58,095 nucleotides of DNA from a virus, in IMG/VR virus record IMGVR_UViG_3300037454_000132, positions 1 to 58,095 of that record. One strand, 5' to 3'. Below are positions 1-9,007 of this stretch, in pieces. Within the stretch, counting starts at the first letter, position 1; every line of letters starts with the position of its first letter. The position numbers were made by a program, and so were the translations under genes. The notes under the pieces are model-generated. The model did not search any database and was not told the origin of the DNA. It saw nothing but the letters and a program-made list of their open reading frames with translations.

Positions 1-127
1 GCGTCTTGAGGCCGCACATTCCGCGTCCGAGGACGCGACGGTGCAGAGCTGATGGACGCAACGGGAAAACCGAAAATCGACTTTTCCCAGATGGGCGAAG
101 CCGACAAGCGAAATCTCTGTACCACGT
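1..127. repeat. Terminal overlap, identical to 57969-58095
   Basis: Read directly: gcgtcttgaggccgcacattccgcg...ctctgtaccacgt occurs at both ends. This indicates circular closure or terminal redundancy. Confidence 0.95.
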
Positions 128-237
128 GTATTGAAGCTGTGAAACGGTTTTACGATGATCCGACAAACCGTGACCGCTTTGAACGCTGGTTACAGACGCG
201 GCGACAGACCCGCACGGTTGCCGCACAACACATCTGA
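52..237 (+). CDS. Hypothetical small protein (61 aa)
   Basis: Its ATG overlaps the stop of the Cro-like ORF (ATGA, seen at 58018-58023 in the end copy). No family recognised. Confidence 0.6.
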   Translation: MDATGKPKIDFSQMGEADKRNLCTTCIEAVKRFYDDPTNRDRFERWLQTRRQTRTVAAQHI

Positions 238-264
238 TCGAAAAACGAAATGGAGGCAAAAGCA

Positions 265-738
265 ATGACCGAAATCAAGATCACTCACGTTATCGACTTG
301 ACCCCCGCGCTGGCCGACGCGCTCAAGGCGCTCACGAGCGCCCTGACGGGCCGCATGGCGGCTCCTGTGCCGGATGGTAAGATCATCAACCTGCCTACGG
401 AAAAGCCCGTAGAAACGCCTGTGACGGCTCCTGCGCCGGTGGTAAACCCTATTCCCGCTCCGGCCCCGGCTCCTGTGGCGGCTCCTGCCCCTACTGTGGA
501 AGCCCCTACCCCTGCCCCTGCGCCGGTTGAGGCCCCGGCTCCCGCTCCCGCGCCCACCGAAAAGGTTTATTCCTTTGCGGATATTTCCGCCGCTGGCTCC
601 GCGTTGCTGGAACAGAACAAGATGCCGCAGCTTATGGCCCTGCTTGCGCAGTTCGGCGTTCAGGCCGTGACGCAGCTCAAGCCGGAACAGTACGCCGGTG
701 TCGCCGCTGGCCTGAGAGAGCTGGGCGCGAACATCTGA
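265..738 (+). CDS. Hypothetical protein with a Pro/Ala-rich central linker
   Basis: ORF 250..738. GGAGG lies 8 nt before ATG265. A PAPAPVVNPIPAPAPAPVAAPAP tract sits between ordered N- and C-terminal segments. Confidence 0.65.
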   Translation: MTEIKITHVIDLTPALADALKALTSALTGRMAAPVPDGKIINLPTEKPVETPVTAPAPVVNPIPAPAPAPVAAPAPTVEAPTPAPAPVEAPAPAPAPTEKVYSFADISAAGSALLEQNKMPQLMALLAQFGVQAVTQLKPEQYAGVAAGLRELGANI

Positions 739-753
739 CAGGAGGTACAGACG

Positions 754-1971
754 ATGGCAACACCGAATGCACACGCGATAGTTACCGCGTCGGGCTTTGA
801 ACGGTGGTCACACTGTACCGCAGCTCCCCGGTTTGAAGAACAGTTCCCGGACGGATCGTCTGTCTACGCTGACGAGGGGACGCTTGCCCATGCGGTTTGT
901 GAGCTACACGGAAGAAAGAAGTTCACCGTAATGACAAAGCGGAAGTTCAACGCCGACCTGAAAAAGCTCACGGCAAATGAGCTGTGGTCTGAGGAAATGT
1001 TGAAAACCGCAGCGTTCTACGTGGATTTCCTGACCGAGAAAGCGAACGAGTTTCAGTCTATGCCGCAGGTGTTCTTTGAGACGCGCGTAGACCTGACCGA
1101 GTACATCCCGGAGGGTTTCGGGACGTGTGACTGCATCATGGCCGGGGACGACGTTCTGCGGATCACCGACTACAAGCACGGCAAGGGAGTTCCCGTCAGC
1201 TCCGTCAACAACGGGCAGATGCGGCTTTACGCTCTGGGCGCTCTCAAGTACCTCTACCCGATTTACGGGGACACGATCAAGCGGGTTTGCACCGCGATTG
1301 TCCAGCCCCGGATCACGGAGGACGTGACTGAGGAATGGCTCACCGTGGACGAGCTGAAAGCATGGGGCGAAATGGTCAAGCCGAAAGCACAGGCCGCGTT
1401 TTTCGGAATGGGGACGTTTGAGCCGGGTGATTGGTGTCGTTTCTGCAAGGGCAAGGCACAGTGCCGCGCCCGTGCCGAATACAACGCCGGGTTTGAACAG
1501 TTCGCCAACAAAGCCCCGGCCAACGCGCCCACCGTCAAGCCCGGAAAAGACCCCTGCCTGAGCGACGCCGAAGTTGCCGACCTGCTGACCCGCGCCGCTG
1601 GCCTTGTGAGCTGGTATGAGGATTTGCAGTCCTACGCGACTGAGGCGATCCTTGCGGGGCGTGAAGTCCCCGGCTACAAGGTCATTGAGGGGCAGCGCAA
1701 GCGGGTGTTCACCGACAACGACAAAGCCCTTGAGAAGATGCACGAACAGGGTTACGACGATGCGATCCTGTTTGAGCGGACGCAGAAAAGCCTTGCGGAA
1801 ATGGAAAAGCTCACCGGCAAAAAGGTATTTGCTGAGATCATGGGCGACCTGATTACGTGGACTAAGGGCAAGCCGAAGCTGGTTGTTTCCACCGCGAAAG
1901 GCGACCCCTACAAGACCGCAGGGCCGGAAGAATTTGCGGGTGTGACCGATGGAAAAAGCTCTGACAATTAA
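754..1971 (+). CDS. PD-(D/E)XK (Cas4-like) nuclease, DUF2800-type
   Basis: Motifs: ITDYKHGKG (D-x-K) and a C-terminal Cys cluster WCRFCKGKAQC plus an N-terminal Cys. It sits in the classic DUF2800-DUF2815-PolA cluster. GGAGG is upstream. Confidence 0.85.
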   Translation: MATPNAHAIVTASGFERWSHCTAAPRFEEQFPDGSSVYADEGTLAHAVCELHGRKKFTVMTKRKFNADLKKLTANELWSEEMLKTAAFYVDFLTEKANEFQSMPQVFFETRVDLTEYIPEGFGTCDCIMAGDDVLRITDYKHGKGVPVSSVNNGQMRLYALGALKYLYPIYGDTIKRVCTAIVQPRITEDVTEEWLTVDELKAWGEMVKPKAQAAFFGMGTFEPGDWCRFCKGKAQCRARAEYNAGFEQFANKAPANAPTVKPGKDPCLSDAEVADLLTRAAGLVSWYEDLQSYATEAILAGREVPGYKVIEGQRKRVFTDNDKALEKMHEQGYDDAILFERTQKSLAEMEKLTGKKVFAEIMGDLITWTKGKPKLVVSTAKGDPYKTAGPEEFAGVTDGKSSDN

Positions 1972-2374
1972 ATGCTTTGACGCCTGTGTGTACAACCTGA
2001 TTTTCCCGGCATGGTTTCTGCAAGCTACACAGGCGCAGAGCAAAAAGATGTTCAAGTGGCTGTTTCAGTTCGGTTTCCACCGTGAGAATCAGGAGGCAAT
2101 CGCTTTTCTGTCTGACGCGCTCCCGGCGCTGATTGAGGACACAAAAGCGGACTGGGACAAGAGCTTGTCAGATTATGAATCCGGCAAGCTCTCCCTTGAC
2201 AAGAAATCTCTCCCGGCTGAGTGGTCAGGCAAGCGGAAAGTAGCTGAGATCAAGAAACGCCGGGAGGATAACGCGGCTCTTTTACGAGCTACAAAAGTCG
2301 CAGAGACTACACACAAGAGATCACTGAAACTGCTTGAACAGTTCGATGAAACAAAGTCCGAGTGGTTTCGCTGA
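1949..2374 (+). CDS. Hypothetical protein (141 aa; start uncertain)
   Basis: An ORF between the nuclease and the SSB-like gene. An alternative ATG lies further downstream in the same frame (MFKWLF). Confidence 0.5.
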   Translation: MEKALTIKCFDACVYNLIFPAWFLQATQAQSKKMFKWLFQFGFHRENQEAIAFLSDALPALIEDTKADWDKSLSDYESGKLSLDKKSLPAEWSGKRKVAEIKKRREDNAALLRATKVAETTHKRSLKLLEQFDETKSEWFR

Positions 2375-2412
2375 TAAATCGAAACGCGAAAAGCGAAAAG
2401 GAGAATAAGAAA

Positions 2413-3036
2413 ATGTACATGAATCAAGCCAACAAGTCCCTGACCGGCGAAGTTCGCCTGTCCTACGTCCATCTGGCCGCGCCCTACGCTATGCCGGGTC
2501 AGCCCAACGCGGAGCCGAAGTACAGCGTGACGCTGCTGATCCCCAAGAGCGACACGGCGACCAAGGCCGACCTTGACAACGCCGTTGCCGCCGCGACCCT
2601 TGCCGCCGTGGACAAGACGTGGAAAGGCGTTCGCCCTCCGATCATCCCCAACCCCATTCACGACGGCGACGGTGTGCGTCAGGACGGTACGCCCTACGGC
2701 CCGGAGTGCAAGGGAATGTGGGTTATGACCGCCTCCCGCCGCGCGCAGGACGGCAGACCGTGGGTTTGCGAAATCTCCAACCCCAATGTCGAGCTTGCCC
2801 CGCAGGACAGCTACAGCGGTATGTACGCGCGCTGCACCGTTCATTTTTTCGGCTATTCCAACGCCGGGAAAAAGGGTATCGGCTGCTCCATCGACGGCGT
2901 GATGAAAACCCGCGACGGTGAATCTCTGGGCGGCGCGGTCAAGCCCTCCGCCAATGAGTTTGCGCAGTTCGCCGGGGCGGTTGATCCGATCACCGGTCAG
3001 CCGCGTATCAACCCGATCACCGGACAGCCCATGTGA
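2413..3036 (+). CDS. DUF2815-type phage ssDNA-binding-like protein
   Basis: N-terminus MYMNQANKSLTGEVRLSYVHLAAPYA is typical of DUF2815. AAGGAG lies upstream of ATG2413. Confidence 0.8.
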   Translation: MYMNQANKSLTGEVRLSYVHLAAPYAMPGQPNAEPKYSVTLLIPKSDTATKADLDNAVAAATLAAVDKTWKGVRPPIIPNPIHDGDGVRQDGTPYGPECKGMWVMTASRRAQDGRPWVCEISNPNVELAPQDSYSGMYARCTVHFFGYSNAGKKGIGCSIDGVMKTRDGESLGGAVKPSANEFAQFAGAVDPITGQPRINPITGQPM

Positions 3037-3228
3037 AACGAGTAAAGGCCGCTAAGGGGGAGTGTATCAACATGATCCAATATCACGATTCGCCATAAGC
3101 GGCCTTTCTCATAACCGGCAGTTCCTCCCAGACTGCAAGGGGCTACGGCTGAATCTGAAAGGCCGTGGCCGGTGTCAGGGAAAGCCCCTACCGCAGCACC
3201 GGCCTTTCTCTATAAAGGAGGCTACACC

Positions 3229-5244
3229 ATGCACAAGCTGAGTATCGACCTTGAAACGTACTCAAGCATTCCCATAGGCAAGGCCGGAGCTTTCCGGTAC
3301 GTGGACAGCGACGATTTTGAAATCCTGCTGTTCGCCTATTCTCTGGACAATGGCCCGGTTACGGTAATCGACGTGGCAAGCGGTGAGACTGTCCCGGAGT
3401 GGCTTATCAAGGCTCTGCATGATCCTGACTACCTGAAATACGCCTACAACGCAGCGTTTGAATGGGCCTGTCTCTCCAAGGTCTACGGGGCCATGATCCC
3501 GGAACAGTGGCGCGACACGATGTTACACGGGCTTTACGCGGGGTACACCGCAGGTTTGGAAGCGACGGGACGCGCGCTGGGCTTGCCGGAGGACAAGCAA
3601 AAGCTGAATACTGGCAAGGCTCTGATCCGTTATTTCTGCGTCCCCTGCCGCCCCACAAAGGCAAACGGACAGCGGACACGCAACTATCCGAAACATGATC
3701 CCGAAAAGTGGCGGCTGTTCCGAGAGTACAACGCGCAGGACGTGGTTACGGAAATGGAAATCGCGTCAAGGCTGGCGGCGTTCCCTGTTCCTGACTTTGT
3801 GCAGAAACAATGGGAAACCGACCTGAGAATCAATGCGCGGGGCGTTTTCGTGGATATGGAGTTCACGCGCGCGGCGCTCTACGTCGGTGATGTGGTCAAG
3901 AACGAGCTGACCGCTGAGGCAATCCGCATATCCGGCCTTGATAATCCGAACAGCATAAAGCAGCTCACGGAATGGCTGAACGGAGAGGCCGTCATAGAGT
4001 TTGATTCCGAAACGAATACCTATGTTGAGATCAAGAATCTCCGAAAAGAAACCGTGAGTGACCTGCTGGCAAAAGAGCATATCAAAGGTGACACACGCAG
4101 GATGCTTGAAATCCGGCAAGAGCTGGGAAAAACGTCTACGAAGAAATATGAGGCCATTGAGAATTGCGTTTGCGACGATGGCCGGGTACGCGGACTGTTG
4201 CAGTTCTACGGCGCAAACCGCACGGGGCGCTGGGCGGGGCGTCTGGTACAGGTGCAAAACCTCCCCCGGACGTACACGGAGCCGATTGACCTTGCGCGTG
4301 ACTTTGTGCGAGGCCGGAAAAAGGATCATCTGAGAGCGTTCTACGGCAACGTGCCTGATACCCTGTCGCAGCTCATACGGACGGCGTTCATAGCTACACC
4401 GGGCAACGTCCTTATCGACGCGGACTTTTCCGCAATCGAGGCGCGCGTTATCGCGTGGCTGTCCGGGGAACAGTGGGTGCTTGACGCTTTCAAGGCCGGG
4501 AAAGATATTTACTGCGAAACGGCAAGTCAGATGTTCAAAGTCCCGGTTGTCAAGGGCGGTGAAAACGGGCATCTGCGGCAGCGCGGCAAAGTGGCTGTGC
4601 TGGCCTGTGGCTATCAGGGCGGCGTCGGAGCTATGCGCCGGATGGACACCGGACACCTGCTGGACGAAGCGTCAGACGACGAAGTGCAGGGCCTTGTGAA
4701 CGACTGGCGGAACGCAAACCCCCATACCGTGAACCTGTGGCATGACATAGAGGACGCGGCGGTGCAGGTGATCGCCTACGGCGGCTCTGAGCGGGTGCGT
4801 AGTCTGGTTTTGTCCCGTGAGTTTGACCTTATGCAAGGGACGCAGGTGTTCACGATCCAGTTACCGTCCGGGCGCAAGCTCTACTACATCAACCCTACAC
4901 TGACGGAAAACCGCTGGGGCAATCCGTCAATCGCCTACTACGGCGTGGATCAGACAAGCAAGAAGTGGAAACAGATCGAAACCTACGGCGGCAAGCTCAC
5001 GGAAAACTGTGTGCAAGCAATCGCCCGTGACTGTCTGGCGGAGGCCATTGAGCATCTTGAGGCGGCGGGGCTTCCCATCGTGTTCCACGTCCACGACGAA
5101 GTTGTGATAGATACCCCGGCCTTTGACACCGACAAGGCCATGTTGGAAAAGGTCAAGACCATAATGACGACCCCCATTCCGTGGGCGCAGGGCCTACCGC
5201 TGGGCGCTGACGGCTGGGTAGGGACGTTCTTCAAGAAAGACTGA
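3229..5244 (+). CDS. Family A DNA polymerase with 3'-5' exonuclease domain
   Basis: Exo I: SIDLETYS. Pol motif A: DADFSAIEARV. Motif B: RQRGKVAVLACGYQGG. Motif C: VHDEVV. AAGGAGG lies before ATG3229. Confidence 0.9.
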   Translation: MHKLSIDLETYSSIPIGKAGAFRYVDSDDFEILLFAYSLDNGPVTVIDVASGETVPEWLIKALHDPDYLKYAYNAAFEWACLSKVYGAMIPEQWRDTMLHGLYAGYTAGLEATGRALGLPEDKQKLNTGKALIRYFCVPCRPTKANGQRTRNYPKHDPEKWRLFREYNAQDVVTEMEIASRLAAFPVPDFVQKQWETDLRINARGVFVDMEFTRAALYVGDVVKNELTAEAIRISGLDNPNSIKQLTEWLNGEAVIEFDSETNTYVEIKNLRKETVSDLLAKEHIKGDTRRMLEIRQELGKTSTKKYEAIENCVCDDGRVRGLLQFYGANRTGRWAGRLVQVQNLPRTYTEPIDLARDFVRGRKKDHLRAFYGNVPDTLSQLIRTAFIATPGNVLIDADFSAIEARVIAWLSGEQWVLDAFKAGKDIYCETASQMFKVPVVKGGENGHLRQRGKVAVLACGYQGGVGAMRRMDTGHLLDEASDDEVQGLVNDWRNANPHTVNLWHDIEDAAVQVIAYGGSERVRSLVLSREFDLMQGTQVFTIQLPSGRKLYYINPTLTENRWGNPSIAYYGVDQTSKKWKQIETYGGKLTENCVQAIARDCLAEAIEHLEAAGLPIVFHVHDEVVIDTPAFDTDKAMLEKVKTIMTTPIPWAQGLPLGADGWVGTFFKKD

Positions 5245-5255
5245 GGTAAAGCGAA

Positions 5256-5918
5256 ATGCGAAAAGCGATTTGTATTGTGATAGCTCTGCTGGCTGCGTTC
5301 ATGCTGGGCGGAGCTATGGGACACAGCTTGACCGGAGAGGCCGACGCTGCGGTTGCCGTGGCGGAAGTCAGAGCGGAGGCCCCGGCAGAGCTGCGGGTAG
5401 TTGTTCCGGTTGATCCGCCTGTGGTGATCCCGCATGAGCCGGAGCCGGAGCCGGTAGAGCTTGAGCCGGAGGCAGACGCTACACAGGACGAAACCCCGGA
5501 ACCGGAAATCCCCGACCTTGCGTCCGCCTACGATATTGAGCTGATCGCCCGTACCATCTGGGGCGAGGCGGAGATCGTCAAGAGCCGTGCGGAGCAAGCC
5601 GCCGTCGCATGGTGTGTGCTGAATCGGGTAGACCTCTACGAAAAGCCCATTGCGGAAATCGTACTGGCCCCGTATCAGTTTGCGCCGCGTCTGAGGGGCG
5701 ACGTTCCCGACTACTTTATTGAGCTGGCGGAGGACGTTGTTTATCGCTGGGAATGCGAAAAGGCCGGTATTGAGGATGTGGGCCGGACGCTCCCCGCCGA
5801 ATACACGTTCTTTGTGGGCGACGGACGCCGCAATCATTTCTCCATCGTCTGGAAAAGCACCATCTACTGGGATTGGTCATTGCCTGATCCCTACACACAA
5901 GAAGAACAGGAGGCATGA
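5256..5918 (+). CDS. SleB-family cell wall hydrolase with N-terminal signal/TM segment
   Basis: IARTIWGEAE...AAVAWCVLNRV...PYQFA resembles the Hydrolase_2 (SleB) domain. The N-terminus is hydrophobic (AICIVIALLAAFMLGGA). Confidence 0.7.
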   Translation: MRKAICIVIALLAAFMLGGAMGHSLTGEADAAVAVAEVRAEAPAELRVVVPVDPPVVIPHEPEPEPVELEPEADATQDETPEPEIPDLASAYDIELIARTIWGEAEIVKSRAEQAAVAWCVLNRVDLYEKPIAEIVLAPYQFAPRLRGDVPDYFIELAEDVVYRWECEKAGIEDVGRTLPAEYTFFVGDGRRNHFSIVWKSTIYWDWSLPDPYTQEEQEA

Positions 5919-5922
5919 AAAT

Positions 5923-6096
5923 ATGAAAAAGAATCCGGGCAGACGGGAGCGCCGGGATCAGTATTTCAAGAATCGGCGCGCGGACGGCAAGCGCAGAATG
6001 AAGCTGCACAACTACTATATGTCTCATTCGTGGTTGCCGAAGTTTCAGAAGTTCCGTGAGGAAGTGGATGCGCGGGAGGCGGCAAAGAGAGCATGA
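5923..6096 (+). CDS. Hypothetical basic protein (57 aa)
   Basis: An internal ATG of ORF 5719..6096 lying just after the previous stop. Its stop overlaps the thyX ATG (ATGA). Confidence 0.5.
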   Translation: MKKNPGRRERRDQYFKNRRADGKRRMKLHNYYMSHSWLPKFQKFREEVDAREAAKRA

Positions 6097-6728
6097 AGAT
6101 CATCAAACCTGCTGTCGAGTTCATCACGCCGGTTGACGGCGACGTGATCCTCTCCCGGATCGAGGAATGCGGGAGAGTGTGCTACAAGTCCGAGGATAAG
6201 ATCACCGCAGGAAGCGCCGAAAAGTTTTGCCGGGGGATCATCCAGCGCGGACACGAGGCAGTCCTTGAGCATTGTTCCTTTACGCTCAAGTTCATCTGTG
6301 ACCGGGGCGTTACGCATGAGATCGTCCGTCACCGGCTGGCGTCCTACTGTCAGGAAAGCACCCGGTACTGCAACTACTCTAAAGGGCAGTTTGGGGCTGA
6401 AATCACGGTCATAGAGCCGCTTTACCTGACGCCGGGTACTGCGGTATACGACACGTGGAAAAAGGCGTGTGAGGCCGCTGAGAGCGCCTATTTTGAGCTG
6501 TTGAATTGGGGATGCACCCCGCAGGAGGCGCGCGCGGTACTCCCGAACAGTCTGAAAGCCGAAATCTGCATGACCGCGAACATCCGCGAGTGGCGACACT
6601 TTTTCCGGCTGCGCTGCTCACGGGGCGCACACCCGCAGATGAAAGAGGTTGCGCAACAGGCCCTTATCATGTGTTGTGCGGCTGTTCCGGTGCTGTTCGA
6701 GGACGTGTACGCGGAGGTATTCAAATGA
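6093..6728 (+). CDS. thyX: FAD-dependent thymidylate synthase ThyX
   Basis: ThyX signature RHRLASYCQES (RHRxxS) plus REWRHFFRLR. Confidence 0.9.
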   Translation: MKIIKPAVEFITPVDGDVILSRIEECGRVCYKSEDKITAGSAEKFCRGIIQRGHEAVLEHCSFTLKFICDRGVTHEIVRHRLASYCQESTRYCNYSKGQFGAEITVIEPLYLTPGTAVYDTWKKACEAAESAYFELLNWGCTPQEARAVLPNSLKAEICMTANIREWRHFFRLRCSRGAHPQMKEVAQQALIMCCAAVPVLFEDVYAEVFK

Positions 6729-6892
6729 TCCTGAAAACCGTGATCGCCCCCGTTCTGCTTATGGTGCTGGGAACAATCTGCTTTCTGGCCTGTCTGGGCG
6801 AGAGAAAAGAGGAAAACAAGGCCGTTTACATGGTGTTCTCTGTCGCCCTGTTTATCCTGCTGCTGTTCAGCCTGAGCGGTATCGGAAAATGA
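6725..6892 (+). CDS. Small two-TM membrane protein (55 aa)
   Basis: ATGA overlaps at both ends. Sequence: MILKTVIAPVLLMVLGTICFLA...VALFILLLFSL. Confidence 0.55.
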   Translation: MILKTVIAPVLLMVLGTICFLACLGERKEENKAVYMVFSVALFILLLFSLSGIGK

Positions 6893-7563
6893 ACGTACTT
6901 GTCGCCTGTGAGGAAAGTCAGGCAGTCACGATAGAGCTACACAGGCTGGGACACAATGCCTTTAGCTGCGACGTGCTGCCGTGTTCGGGCGGACACCCGG
7001 AATGGCATATTCAAGGCGACGTGCTACCCCTTATCAATGGAAACTGCGACTTTATGACCATGACGGGGGGGGAGTACCAGATCAACAACTCTTGGGATAT
7101 GCTGATCGCTTTTCCACCCTGCACCTATTTATCCAACGCCGGAGCTTGCCGGTTGTACCCGAAAAAAGGTCAGCTTGATATGGAGCGGTATCAAAAAGGC
7201 TTAGAGGGTAAAGCGTTCTTTATGAAGTTCCTGAATGCCGATTGTCCCCGGATCGCCGTTGAAAACCCTGTCTCAAGCAAGGTCTTTCAGATGCCGCCCC
7301 ATACTCAGGAAATCCAACCGTGGATGTTCGGCCACCCGGTCACAAAGAAAACCCGGCTGTGGCTGCGCGGACTACCACCGCTGAACGCTACACAGATTGT
7401 ACAACCGACAGCACCGTATGTTCCCGCTGGTACTGGCCGGAAAGACCCGTCAAAGTACGGCAAGGCCAAACGCGGCGAGGACGCAAAGAACAGAGCGAAA
7501 ACATTTCCCGGTATCGCACGGGCTATGGCCGAACAGTGGGCCGGGATCGCAAAGGAGAATTGA
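6889..7563 (+). CDS. Short C5-cytosine-methyltransferase-like protein (no obvious SAM motif I)
   Basis: FPPCTYLSNAG (PC motif), AVENPVS (ENV-like) and TFPGIARAMAEQW are present. The N-terminus MNVLVACEESQ replaces FxGxG. Confidence 0.55.
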   Translation: MNVLVACEESQAVTIELHRLGHNAFSCDVLPCSGGHPEWHIQGDVLPLINGNCDFMTMTGGEYQINNSWDMLIAFPPCTYLSNAGACRLYPKKGQLDMERYQKGLEGKAFFMKFLNADCPRIAVENPVSSKVFQMPPHTQEIQPWMFGHPVTKKTRLWLRGLPPLNATQIVQPTAPYVPAGTGRKDPSKYGKAKRGEDAKNRAKTFPGIARAMAEQWAGIAKEN

Positions 7564-7564
7564 A

Positions 7565-7942
7565 ATGCTGGAACGTGAAAAACGGCCTACGAGCCTGTTG
7601 AACAGCTCTGACGAGCTGCGCAAGCTCATTCTTGGCAACCCTGACCTGCCGATACTGTGTTTCGTCTCTGAGGACGCGAACAACGGGGACTATACCTATA
7701 TGTCCGCAAGCTGTTCCGCGACAATAGGAGAGTTCCTTGACTGTATGCAGGAAGTCAAAGAAGATCGCTGCTATACAGACCGGGACGATTTCGGTGAGGA
7801 CTTGGCGGATTGCCTGTACGACAACGAATACCACAACTGGGACGGCACGGAAAGCGAGTGGGACGCCTACGTTGAAAAGCGGATCGCTGAGTATGACCCC
7901 TACTGGCGCAAGTGCATAATCCTGTACGTGGACAACGGCTGA
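7565..7942 (+). CDS. Hypothetical acidic protein (125 aa)
   Basis: ATG7565 lies 2 nt after the previous stop. The ORF is clean with good codon periodicity. Confidence 0.6.
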   Translation: MLEREKRPTSLLNSSDELRKLILGNPDLPILCFVSEDANNGDYTYMSASCSATIGEFLDCMQEVKEDRCYTDRDDFGEDLADCLYDNEYHNWDGTESEWDAYVEKRIAEYDPYWRKCIILYVDNG

Positions 7943-7957
7943 GAAAGGACACCGACC

Positions 7958-8323
7958 ATGAACAGACCTGAAATCCTTGACGCCGCGAAGAAATGCGTTT
8001 GCGGCAAACGTGAACAGGACTACGGAAGCCCTGAAAACAATTTCGGCCTTATCGGTATGCTCTGGACGACCTATACCGGCACGATGATAACCGCGACGGA
8101 CGTTGCAATGATGATGGCCCTTTTCAAGATCGCCCGGATCAAGACCGGCACCGCGACAGAGGACAGTTTCGTAGACCTTGCCGGGTACGCGGCTTGCGGC
8201 GGCGAAATCGCTACACAGCGAGTAGCGAAACCTGCGACGGAAAACCGTTGCGTCTGCTGCGGTGAGATCATACCAGAGGGCCGTCACGTCTGCCCCCGCT
8301 GTGAGGCCGGGAAAGGCGGCTGA
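7958..8323 (+). CDS. Phage protein, DUF6378-like, with C-terminal zinc ribbon
   Basis: KREQDYGSPENNFGLIG...ALFKIARIKTG resembles DUF6378 (recalled from memory). The zinc ribbon is CVCCGEIIPEGRHVCPRC. Confidence 0.55.
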   Translation: MNRPEILDAAKKCVCGKREQDYGSPENNFGLIGMLWTTYTGTMITATDVAMMMALFKIARIKTGTATEDSFVDLAGYAACGGEIATQRVAKPATENRCVCCGEIIPEGRHVCPRCEAGKGG

Positions 8324-8418
8324 CATGGGCTATCGGAAAGTGAGCTGCGCGGAACAGCTCTGGTATATTCTGAAATACTATCTGAGCCGGGTATTCCGGC
8401 CTGACCGGAGGTAACGCC

Positions 8419-8646
8419 ATGATCGAGAAACTTTACGGCGATTACTACGTTTCCTGCGACTGCTGCGGACGGGAGCTGGACGGCACGTTTGAGGACTTTG
8501 ACGACGCGCGGGACAGCATGAAAGCCAACGGCTGGAAGATTCGCAAGCGCGGGGACGACTGGCACGATTACTGCCCGAAGTGCGCGCCCGAAATGATGCG
8601 CCCCGGTGCGGATGAATTTGCGGGTTTACGACATGGGAAAAGGTAA
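8419..8646 (+). CDS. Small zinc-ribbon protein (75 aa)
   Basis: CDCCGRE...DYCPKC. GGAGG lies upstream. Confidence 0.6.
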   Translation: MIEKLYGDYYVSCDCCGRELDGTFEDFDDARDSMKANGWKIRKRGDDWHDYCPKCAPEMMRPGADEFAGLRHGKR

Positions 8647-9007
8647 TCGAAACAGGCAGCTACACAAGCAGGAGGCAGAGGCGGCGGCGCTGACCCCGGC
8701 ACAGCGCCGCGCTATGAAAAAGGAGATCAACGCGCAAATCTTGGAGAGCGACACCGCGTATAAGCTGGACATGGACGCCGCCGTTCTCTACGTCCTGCAT
8801 GAGACGTTCGGGTTTGGTAAGAAGCGTCTGAGGCGTTTCTTTGACGCTTTTACCGCCCAGCATCAAGAGCTGCGAGACTACTACCAACTTGACGACGACA
8901 CCAACACGTGGATATGCCGTCGATTGCTGAAAGAGCGTGTGGGTGTGGATATTGAAGCATGGGAAAAGGAGTTTACGGAACATGGAAAAGAAGCCGCTGA
9001 CGCTTAA
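8633..9007 (+). CDS. Hypothetical protein (124 aa)
   Basis: Internal ATG of ORF 8606..9007 (MGKGNRNRQ). It overlaps the neighbouring genes in operon fashion. Confidence 0.55.
   Translation: MGKGNRNRQLHKQEAEAAALTPAQRRAMKKEINAQILESDTAYKLDMDAAVLYVLHETFGFGKKRLRRFFDAFTAQHQELRDYYQLDDDTNTWICRRLLKERVGVDIEAWEKEFTEHGKEAADA

Noticed and set aside
285-557. 90-aa - strand ORF (and 190..774) opposite the Pro/Ala-rich gene.
   Set aside because: It is the reverse-complement shadow of GCN/CCN repeats (Gly/Ala-rich peptide). There are no translation signals.
6506-7563. Long N-terminal extensions of ORFs 6506..6892 and 6649..7563 that overlap thyX.
   Set aside because: Internal ATGs at 6725 and 6889 give ATGA stop/start coupling and sensible N-termini. 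The extensions are out-of-frame read-through of thyX coding sequence.
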